A DNA stretch of 64,000 bases from Lama guanicoe (Eukaryota), in assembly GCA_013239625.1 (NCBI GenBank), contig MU054098.1, positions 2,171,104 through 2,235,103 on the forward strand, in the 5' to 3' direction. The notes under the pieces were generated by a model. That model did not search any database and was not told the origin of the DNA. It worked only from the letters and a program-made list of their open reading frames with translations. A program made the translations under genes and the position numbers. Below, one piece after another: positions 53,467 to 64,000 of the stretch; position 1 is the stretch's first letter, and each line of letters begins with the position of its first letter.

Positions 53467-54106
53467 AGGGGTTGCAAATGTAAAGACCAACAGAAGTCAG
53501 GAAGGTAAAATAAAACACTAAATTGGGAGAGACAAATAAAGCTCCTGCTTCTTTAGGTTTTATATGTTCTCTTACTTTTGACAGAGATACAGATACAAAA
53601 ATTTCACTTTCCTTTTAAATCTGATAAAAGAACAGCAGTAGTGAAAATGTGATGACAAATGGTAACTGACATTCATTCTCAATGCTATAGGAAGTAGTGG
53701 GGGGCTGCAGTAAACTAGAGAGTCAATGTTCCACATAAAGAATAAATGAGAAACACAAGGCATGATAACAAATGGCAACTACTTTCAACCTCAGTGTCAG
53801 GGAGACAATAAGAGGGAATGAAGGGGGTGGTAAACTGAAGAGCCCAGGCTAAAATGGGCATCACTCTTCCATACCAGCTGGTTGACCTCTTGTGGAAATG
53901 AGGGTCTCTTAACTTCCTGATATTATGATTCTTTTAGAGATGCTAGAAATTTGGATTTTTATGTGAGATCCATTGATTTTTAAATGCTAGTAACTAATTC
54001 AATTTTATAAAAAAACAAGTTCTGAAAAAGAAAAAAATAAAATAAACACTGTCTGGTCAGACATAATTATAAGCTGTATTGACCCTTGGGCTATATGTGA
54101 CCTCTG
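53467..54106. mobile_element. MER102/Charlie-family hAT derivative
   Basis: Termini taggggttgcaaatg / tgtgacctctg; the subterminal region resembles 40960-41271. Confidence 0.5.
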
Positions 54107-55492
54107 AATCCAGTTACATTTAACACATTTCTGGCTTTCATTCATCAAAATAGATGAAACAAACAAACAAACAAACAAAAAGAGCCAGAGGGGGGGAAAA
54201 AAACAAATATTGGTCTAGGAAGTGAGAAAAGATTTCTCAGAATCTAAGAGGGAACAGAGCATCAAGGAAAAGACATATATCAGAAGCACTGCATGCAACA
54301 AAATAGTCGCAAATACATCAAATATCACCCCTGAATGGTACTTGAGAGATTGTATAGTTCAGCCTCTTAATTTAACAGATGACATACCTAAAGCGCAGAG
54401 GTTAAGTGGTTGCTCAAAGTCAAACAGCCAGTTAGTACTGTTTGGTCTCATGATTCTCAGTACAGTACTCTTTCTACTAAACCATGCTTTCTCTAGAGGG
54501 TCAGTTCAGTGAACCTGTTAGTAAACCAACTTTGAGAAAAATGATGACTGTCTCCCAGCAATTCAACTGGCATGCCTTTGTTTTCCTCCATGTAGACAGC
54601 TGTGAAACACCTGATTGTGACTGAATCTTTGTGGTTCCTGTGCACAACAGACAGCTATATGTACTGTAGTCTATTTACTGAGACCAACTTGGTGGGGCAA
54701 GTAAATGAAAAAAAATTCAACAAGAGCAGAATTCTGAGCATTCAGTTTTGGCAGGGAAAAGGGCGGTGGTTGCAAAGAGGTAGAATGCATTTATTCCAAC
54801 CGTATCTATATGAAACCAGGAAGCTGAGTTGCTTCACTACTTCAGAAGCCTAAGAATGAGTTCTGAGTTGAACAGGGCAAAGTGTGATTTCAGAAGCCTT
54901 AAAATACTGTTCATGCCGCATACTAAGTTACTCAAAACAAGTTCAAGATGTTTGCTTCTGTGAAATCCTTTCACAGCTCCCTGCTTCCTTTCCCTTATTT
55001 AGCACACTCATTTCCAAGAAAGCCGGCTGACAAATTTTTTTTTCTCCACCCCTCCTTAAAGCTATCTCACTCTTAAGATCATAGCCATTAACTGATTGCT
55101 TATCCTAGAGGTACCATGACATAGTTATGTCTTATGTCATCTCTCTCTCTCTTTCTTTTTTTTTTTGTGCTAATATTGGATATTTCTTCTTAAGCCATCA
55201 AGGTCTAGAGCTCTGAGCTTTTCTTTCCCCTTTTGTCACAATGATTTACTCACAGATTTTCAAACAAAGAGCTGCCAAGTTCACTAAGGAATGGATGATA
55301 TGATGCAAGCACAAATCCTGCCATCAAGACAGATCTGCATTCCAAAATCCAAGCTCAGATTCACTAATCAAGGACTTGTTTCTGAAAAGTTAGAAATGGG
55401 CAGTGGTCAGAAAGTACATGCAAATGTCAGCATAACATGAATAAACATGAGTACAAACTGCCTTAGGAGCCAGTACCTTTATAAACACATGT

Positions 55493-55493
<1 letters not shown>

Positions 55494-55524
<31 letters not shown>
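55494..55524. repeat. (CA)n microsatellite
   Basis: Directly visible. Confidence 0.95.
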
Positions 55525-55527
<3 letters not shown>

Positions 55528-55649
55528 CACTCACAATGATAATTTAGGAAGGAGAAGAGCTAAATCTCAGTTGAATAGCTTAATCAATCCACGAAAATTT
55601 CTTGACAAATAACATATGTTTGGAAGATACCAAGAGTAGGAGAAGGTAT

Positions 55650-56470
55650 GGTTTGTATCTCTAATGACTTTAAATTCTATATGAGGAGACAAAAATGACC
55701 AGGCATGAACCAATCAGATATTTAGCAATCAGACAATGAGGTTTACTGAGGAAGAACAATAGGAGCTTACAAAATAAAGTGATGAGTGTGTTCTGAAGCA
55801 ACAGACAAAGGTTTCATGGAGGCAGAGTCTTGAGCTGGGCCTTGAGGGATAATTAGGACTTGGAGAGGTGGAAAAGAAGATACACCAAGCTAGAACAGTA
55901 AGCATAGGAGCAAGAACAGGAAAATGGAATACAGAGAAGAGATCATCCTGAATGAGGCTGAGAGTTTATATACAAGTGAGTTGAGGGACATAAGAGTGCA
56001 TTAAAAAGATGGGATAAGTATCTTAAAAGTCAGTCAGAAGACTGTATCAAAGGTGTCAGGCAACAGAGAGTTATTGCAAGTGCTTACACAAGGGTATGAC
56101 TTGATAAGAGTATTTAAGGAATAATATTTTGGCTGTAATATCCAACAGGGTTAGATGGAAGAAAGAAATAAAGCATTTCAGAAGGCTGTGGTATTAATGC
56201 AGGTATGAAGTAATGGCAACTAGCTTTCAGAAAAAAGAGGGTGGGTATGATCATGAAAATTTAAGTTTTAACCAGAGTTACTTAGAATAAAAGAATATTA
56301 AAACTAGAAAAGACTTCAGAAATTATCTAATCAAGCTTATTCAGTTTATACATGAGAAAATTAAAGCAAAGTGTAAGTGATTTCACCCAAGTTACCTAGT
56401 CAAGTAGTTAGTGGCAAAACAGGAACTAGAATTCAAGCCTTTTGACACCTTAACAGGTAGGTGCACTTTA
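55650..56470 (-). mobile_element. L2 fragment followed by a MIR3-like fragment
   Basis: aaggtttcatggaggcagagtcttgagctgggccttga; agttagtggcaaaacaggaactagaattcaag. Confidence 0.6.
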
Positions 56471-56764
56471 CAAAGCACCAAGCTCTTAAATTTTAAATGA
56501 GAGCAAGATATCTAAGTGGAATTCCCACTAGGCAGCAGTAGATATGATACAGACATTAAAGAAAATGAATACTTAAGATGTTATTAGAAGGGATGGTACC
56601 TGGACACACAATTACAGATGAGCTCTGAGAGGGAGAATGTAAAGATAAGAACACAGATACCCAGATTAAAGTGTGAGTGGAACATGAATAGAGGAAGACA
56701 ATAAAGAGGAAGTCATGTCACAGGAGCCAAGAGAAAGGATATTTTTAAAAGTTAAGAGTGGGAA

Positions 56765-58920
56765 AATTTCACTTTGGGCCAAGATGAAATAAAAGGGACT
56801 GGATTTACTCTCCTGACTGAAACAACTAAAACCATGGACAAAACATATGATACAGTTCTCAAGACATTGACATCAGGGAATAAAATTCAGTGATCCCTGA
56901 GAGATGGAGGACAAACAAGAGAAGCTCTTCAACTGCCTCAGCTTTAGAGTGTTTTCAAGCTACAGTACAAGGAGCAGAAACCCAGGCAAAGCTTGAGTGG
57001 CTCCTTGATTTGAAGAGACAAAGCTAAGGATGTAGTGAGACCAAGGCAGCTTGGGTTTGCAGGACAGAGTACCAAAGATAAGAGATCTACACAAAAAGAG
57101 AACCATGGAGATCTGTAGAGGGTCTCCTCAAGTATTCAGCTAAGTACCAATCAACATATGTGTGTGCTGAACCATCTGAAATAATTAGACATAAGAGTGC
57201 TCAGTGCTCAGACAGGCTGAGAATAGTGTCTGTTACCAGTAGTCAGATTGCAAAAACTCAGGATTCACAGATCATTGGGTAGAGTACACAGAAATGTCTC
57301 AGCTCAGTAATGGAAATAATTAGCACTAGACTAAGCACTGCTGCAATCCCAACTATCAAATCTCCTAAACAAATCCAAAGGGATTATTCTGTTTCAAAGT
57401 ACATTTCCCATAACAAAGCTCAAGAATATTTATAGGAATACAAAGATACCTAGTACCTAGCAAAGTAAAATTCACAATGTTCGTCTTCCAAACAAAAACT
57501 TCCAGGCAGGAAAAGCAGCAGGTAAATATAATTCTCAATGAGGAGGGGAAAAATCAATTAATCAAAATCAACACAGAAAGAATACAGAAGACAGAATTAG
57601 TAGACAAGGACATTTAAAATTAGCATAATTGCATTTCAAATGTTCAAAAACTAGAAGATGAAACACGTTAGAAAAAATGGAATGTAAGAAAGAACAAAAT
57701 AAAGTTCTAGATACGAAAACTATAATGTCTAAGATTTTAAAAGTACAATGGACAGGATTAATGGCAGAGTAGACATTACAAAAGAAAAGATTAGTGAACT
57801 TGAATACATAACAAGAGGAATGATAAAAATGAAACATAAATAGAAAAATATACTGGGATAAAATAGAACATCAGAGAGAGCTATGCGGCAACTTCAAATG
57901 GTTTGAAACAAGAGTAATTGGGGTCCCTGAAGAAGAGAAACAGATAGACAGAAAAAATATTAGGAGAAATACTGGCCAGTTTTTTCAAAGTTTGATAAAA
58001 ACTATAAACCCACAGATCTAAGAAGCTCAAAATACCCTTAAAAACAATAAATACGGAGAGAATTTTAGCAAGGCATACCAGAATTAACCTAATTAAAACA
58101 AGTGATAAAGGAAAAAATCTTACAAGCAGGAAAAAAAGGACACATTACCTACAGAGGATCAAACATAAGAATAACAGCAGATATCTCCTTAAAAAATAAA
58201 AAAGAATACAGTAGAGTGACATTTTTTAGAATCAGAAGGAAATAGCTGTCAAACTAGAATACTTTACTCAAAGAAAATATCTTCTAAAAATAAAATAGAA
58301 ATTGAGACTTTTTCACACATGCAAAAGCTGAAATAGTTAATCTGCAATGAACCTATGCTATAAGAAATGTAAAAGGAAGTCTTTGTGTAGGAGAAAACTG
58401 ATACTAATGGAAATATAGATTTACACAACTTAATGAGGAATCCCAGGAATAGTAACAACATGAATAAATATAAAGACCTTTTCTCATAATTTACATCACT
58501 TTCAAGCATAACCAACTGTTTGAAGCAAAAATAAAAGCATGTGTTTTGGAGTCTATAACATATGTAGAAGTAATGTGTATGACAAAAATAGCAGAAAGAT
58601 TGGAAGGGGAGAAATAGAAGGATACTTATAAATTCCTATACCATGTGTAAAGTAGTATAAAAGCACTTGAAGACAGACCAATAAGTTAAAAATGTGTATT
58701 ATAAACTCTAAACACAATAAAGTATTATAACTAACAAGACAAAAGGATATGAAATGGGATCATAAAAGTTATCCAATTTAAAATGAGGTGGAAAATAGGA
58801 ACAAAAATTAGATGGTCAAAATAGAAAACAAATAGAAAGAGGATAGATTTAAAATCAACCACATCAATAATTATGTTAAATGTTAATGGTCTAAATACCC
58901 AAAATTAAAAGGTAGAAATT
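56765..58920 (+). mobile_element. Old L1 (L1MC/MD-type) 5' UTR, ORF1, inter-ORF region and start of endonuclease
   Basis: aagatgaaataaaagggactggatttactctcc 5' end; ORF1 coiled-coil-like segment; catcaataattatgttaaatgttaatggtctaaatac (endonuclease start). Confidence 0.82.
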
Positions 58921-60960
58921 CAGTATTGCTTTGGCAATTCTGGGTCTTTTGAGATTCCACATAAATTTTAGGATTATTTGTTCTAGCTCTGTGAAAAATG
59001 TCCTGAGTAATTTTATAGGGGATAGCATTAAATCTGTAGATTGCTTTGGGTAGTGTGGACATTTTAACAATATTAATTCTTCCAACCCAAGAACATGGGA
59101 TATATTTCCATTTCTTTAAGTCACCTTTAATGTCTTTAGTCAATGTTTTGTAGTTCTCCGCATATAACTCTTTCACTTCCTTGGTCAGATTTATTTCTAA
59201 GCATTTTTTTGGATGCAATTTTAAAAGGGATTGTTTCTTTACTTTCCTTTTATGATATTTCATTGTTAGTATAAAGAAATACAACTGATTTCTGTGTGTT
59301 AATCTTGTATCCTGCTACCTTGGTGAATTCTTTTATCAGCTCTAGTAGTTTTTGTGTGGAGTCTTTAGAATTTTCTATATATAGTATCATGTCATCTGCA
59401 TATAATGACAATTTTACCAATGAGGCTGCAGGAATAACCCTCCAAGACTTCAGACAATACTACAGAGCTACAGTAATCAAAACAGCATGGTACTGGCACA
59501 AAAACAGATGTATGGATCAATGGAACAGAATAGAGAGCCCAGAAATAAACCCACAGACTTACAGTCAATTAATCTTTGACAAAGGAGGCAAGAACATACA
59601 ATGGAGTAAAGACAGTCTCTTCAGCAATTGGTGTTGGGAAAACTGGACAGCAGCACGTAAATCAATGAAGTTAGAACACTCCCTCACACCATACACAAAA
59701 ATAAACTCAAAATGGCTTAAAGACTTAAACATAAGACAAGACACTATAAATCTCTTAGAAGAAAACATAGGCAAAACATTCTCTGACCTAAATCTCAGCA
59801 ATGTTCTCCTAGGACAGTCTACGCTAACAATAGAAATAAAAGCAAGAATAAACAAATGGGACCTAATGAAACTTAGGAGCTTCTGCACAGCAAAGTAAAC
59901 CATAAGTAAAACAAAAAGACAACTTACGGAATGGGAGAAAATTTTTGCAAATGAAACTGACAAAGGCTTGATCTCCAGAATATATATGCACTCATACGAC
60001 TTAATAAGAAACAACCAAACAACCCGATCCAAAAATGGGCAGACGACCTAAACAAGCAATTCTCCAATGGAGACATGCAAATGGCCAATAGGCACATGAA
60101 AAAATGATCAATATTGCTAATTACCAGAGACATGCAAATCAAAACTACAATGAGGTATCACCTCATGCCAGTCAGAATGGCCATCATTCAAAAGTCCACA
60201 AATGATAAATGTTGGAGAGGATGTGGAGAAAAGGGAACCTTCCTACACTGTTGGTGGGAATGTAGTTTAGTGCAGACATTATGGAAAACAGTATGGAGAT
60301 TTCTCAAAAGACTAAAAATAGTCTTACTAGATGATCCAGCAATCCCATTCCTGGGCATATATATTCAGAGGGGCTCTTAATTCAAAAAGATACATGCACC
60401 CCAATGATCATAGCAGCACTATTTACAATAGCCAAGACGTGGAAACAACCTTAATGTCTATTGGTAGATGACTGGTAAGGAAGCCATGGTATATTTATAC
60501 AATGGAATACTACTCAGCCATAAAAAATAAAATAATGCCATTTGTAGCAACATGGATGGACCTGGAGATTGTCATTCTAAGTGAAATAAGCTAGAAAGAG
60601 AAAGAAAAATACCATATGATATCACTTATATGTGGAATCTAAAAAATAAAAAGACAGACTTATTTACAAAACAGAAACAGATTCACAGACACAGAAGACA
60701 AACTTATGGTCGCCGGGGGACTAATGAGGTGGGAAGGGATAAATTGGGAGTCTGAGATTTGTGGATACTAACATATATATAAAAACAGATGAAAAACAAG
60801 TTTACACTGTATAGCACAGGGAACTATATTCAATATCTTGTAGTAACTTATGGTGAAAAAGAACATGAAAACAAATATACATATGTTCATATATCACTGA
60901 AGCATTATATTGTACACCAGAAACTGACACATGTAAACTGACTATACTTCAATTAAATAT
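58921..60960 (+). mobile_element. Younger L1 with 5' inversion (inverted 58921-59418, sense 59419-60960)
   Basis: Antisense ORF2 piece (LYADDM...[10 protein letters not shown]) fused to sense ORF2 ([27 protein letters not shown]...), then the 3' UTR; the tail runs into (TA)/(CA)n at ~60957-60992. Confidence 0.93.
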
Positions 60961-60964
60961 ATAT

Positions 60965-60994
<30 letters not shown>

Positions 60995-60995
<1 letters not shown>

Positions 60996-63900
60996 GCTCA
61001 AAGATTGTAATAAAGGTAAAGAAGGGCATTATATAATGATAAAGGGATCAATGCAAGAAAGGATATAACATTTATTAACATATTTGTACCTCATGTAAGA
61101 GCACTTATATAAAGCAAATATCAACAGACATAAAGGGAGAAATTAACAATAATTCAATAGTAGGAGACTTTAAAACCCCACTTATGTCAAAGGGCAGATC
61201 ATACAGACAGAAAATCAATAAAGAAATAGTGGTCTTAAATAACAGATTGGACCAGTTGGACTTAATAGATATCTACAAAACATTCTATTCAAAAATAGTA
61301 GAATACACATTCTTTTTAAGTGTACATGGAACATTTACCAGGCTAGATCACATGTGAGGCTACAAAACAAGTCTAAACAAATTGAAGGGAAGAGAAATTA
61401 TAACAAGCATTTTTTCCAATCACAATTGTATGAAAGTAGAAACCATTTAGAGGAAGAAAAACAGGAAAAACACAAATACATGGAGACTAAACAACATGTT
61501 ACTAAAAAACCAATGAGTCAATGAAGAAATCAAAGAGAAAAATCATTAAATATCTCAATACAAATGAAAATAAAAACACAACTTTCCAAAATCTCTGGGA
61601 TGCAGTAAACACAGTTCTTAGAAGTTTATAATGATATAAGCGTACCTCAAGAAACATTTCAAACAAAACAAAACAAAACAAAACAAAACAAAACAAAACA
61701 AAACAAAGCAATAACCTAACCCACCATCTAAAGGAATTAGAAAAAGAAGAACAAACCAAGCCCAAAGTCAGCAGATGGAAAGAAATAATAAACATCAGAG
61801 AGGAAAGAAATAAAATGGACTGAAAAAGAACAGAAGAAAAGGTCAATTAAACCAAGTGTTGGGTTTTTCTTTTTTACAAGATAAACCTTTAGGCGAACTC
61901 ACAAAGAAGAAAGGAGAGAAAGAAGGAGGACCCAAATAAACAAAATAAGAAATAAAAGAGGAGAATTAACAACTGATACCACAGAGATACAAAAAATCAT
62001 AAGAGAATATTATGAACAGCTATATACCAACAAATTGGACAAACTTGAAGAAATGGACAAATTTCTAGAAACATACAGCCTGCCAAAACTGAGTGAAGAA
62101 GAAATAGACAATTTCAATAGATTTGATCACTAGAAGTAAAAATGAATATTTTTTAACCCCCAGGGCCCGATGGCATGACCCAGGGGTGCACTGTAGACAG
62201 ATTGCCCTGCTCCCATTGACCAGCGTGTGGAGCAGGAAAAGTGGGAATGGGAGAGTGGGTAAGCTGTGGGAGGGGTGGCCTGGCCACCAGGACACTCAGG
62301 TGTGCCCCCATAGAGGGCACTTTCTTGCAGGTGGGCATAGGGAGAAGGGAGAGCATGATGACAAGTCTGCTCCCTCAGCCCTGGGATTCCATTAGTGCTG
62401 CTGCCTCTCCAGGGAGGGTGGGAAATGATGGTCCACTGAGCCTTCTTCCCTGAAAACAAATTTTTAATAAAAAGACTCCCAGCAAACAAAAGTCTAGGAC
62501 AGACTGGCTTCAGAGGGAAGTTCTGCCAAACATTTAAAGAAGAACTAATTCATATTCTTCTCAAACTATTCCAAAAAATAAAGAGGAGGGGACACTCTCA
62601 AATTCATTCTATGAGGCCACCATTACCCTGATACCAAGACAATGACACTACAAAAAAGGAAACTACTAGTCAATATCTCTGACGAATATAGTTGCAAAAA
62701 TCCTCAGCAAAATATTAGCAATCTGAACCCCCAAAAATATATATAAAGGATTATATACTATGATCAAGTGGGATTTATGCAAGGATGGTTCAACATCTGC
62801 AAATCAATCAGTGTGACATAACACATTAACAATAAGAAGGATAAAAATCACATGACCATCTCAACAGATGCAGGAAAAGCATTTGACAAAATTCACTATC
62901 CATTCTTGATAAAACTCAACAAAGTGGGTATAGAGGGAACATACCTCAATATAATAAATGCCATTTATGAACAAATCCACAGCTAACATCATACTCAACA
63001 GTGAAAAGCTGAAAGCCTTTCCTCTAAAATCAGGAACAACAAAAGGATGTCCCCTCTCATCATTTCTGTTGAACATATATTAGAAATCCTAACCACTGCA
63101 GTCAGATAACAAAAAGAAATAAAAGGCTTCCAAACTGGAAGGGAAGAGGGAAAATTATAACTATTTGCAGTGACATGATGCTTTATAAAGAGAATCCTAA
63201 AATCTCCACCAGAAAACTACCAGAACTAATAATTGAATCAGCAAAGTTGTAGGATACAAGATTAATATACAGAAATCTGTTGCTTTTCTATACACTGATA
63301 ATGAACTATCAGAAAGAGAAATCAAGAAAAGAATCCCATTTAAAACTGTATCAAAATGAATAAATACCTAGGAATAAACTTAACCAAGGATGTAAAAAAC
63401 CTGTTGTTTGAAAACTATAAAATGTTGACGAAGGAAACTGAAGATAATACAAACAAGTGGAAAGCTATCCTGTGCTCTTAGATTAGAAAGATTAATATTG
63501 TTAAAAGGTCCATACTACCCAAAGCAATCTACAGATTTAATATAATTCATATCAAAATACTCAAGACATTTTTTACAGAACTATAACAAACAATGCTAAA
63601 ATTTATATGGAATGAAAAAAGACTCCCCAAACCAAAGCAATCTTGAGGAAAAAAAGAACAAAGCTAGAAGTATGATGCTCCCTGACTTCAGACTATACTA
63701 CAAAGCTACAATAACAAAAACAGCATGGTACTACTTAAAAAAAAATAAAACCAGACACATAGATTAATGGAACAGAATAGGAAGCTCAGAAATAAATCCA
63801 TGCACTTATGGTCAATTAATCTATGACAAATGAGGCAAAAAATGTATAATGGGGAAAACATTCTCTACAATAAGTGGTGCTGGGAAATTGGACAGCTACA

Positions 63901-64000
63901 TAAAAAAGAATTAAATTAGAAAAAAGTCTCACACGATATACAAAAATAAATTCAAAATGGATTAAAGACCTAACTGTAGGACTCGAAATAAAAAAGAAAA
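60995..64000 (+). mobile_element. L1 ORF2 (endonuclease to RT to C-terminal), decayed, running off the window
   Basis: KEGHYIMIKGS, GDF and [10 protein letters not shown] motifs; contains (AAAAC)n at 61661-61707 and a foreign insert at ~62157-62452. Confidence 0.92.

Noticed and set aside
59296..59898. 200-aa ORF
   Set aside because: Chimera of antisense and sense L1 ORF2 across the inversion junction; not a host gene.
62065..62489. Cluster of overlapping ORFs
   Set aside because: Explained by the high GC content of the foreign insert; no recognisable protein.
27836..64000. Potentially active full-length L1
   Set aside because: All copies are truncated, rearranged, or full of stops and frameshifts.

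Overview
This is mammalian genomic DNA, most likely from a camelid X chromosome: it carries two tRNA-derived Vic-1-like SINEs, is very L1-dense, and contains an X-linked gene. The only credible protein-coding gene is RTL4 (ZCCHC16/SIRH11/MART4), a domesticated Ty3/Gypsy (sushi-ichi) Gag gene. Its intronless 310-aa ORF lies on the minus strand at 11541..12473 and has an intact CCHC zinc knuckle. Downstream of the ORF (lower coordinates) is a repeat-poor ~3 kb stretch that is probably the 3' UTR and may hold heavily decayed protease/RT fossils. The ~50 kb upstream looks like RTL4 5' intron sequence, with several candidate small non-coding exons and mostly antisense L1s. The rest is interspersed repeats (L1, L2, CR1, MIR, MaLR LTRs, hAT/Tigger DNA transposons, SINEs, microsatellites), including nested and 5'-inverted L1s with readable target-site duplications (TSDs). 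I see no convincing wholly new biological system. The best leads are the possible pol fossil behind RTL4, a degenerate capsid motif in this ortholog, an orphan GC-rich insert inside an L1, a 20-bp templated duplication of a splice-acceptor-like sequence, and a tiny CpG cluster. Repeat subfamily names come from recalled consensus sequences, and boundaries are approximate unless TSDs are given.
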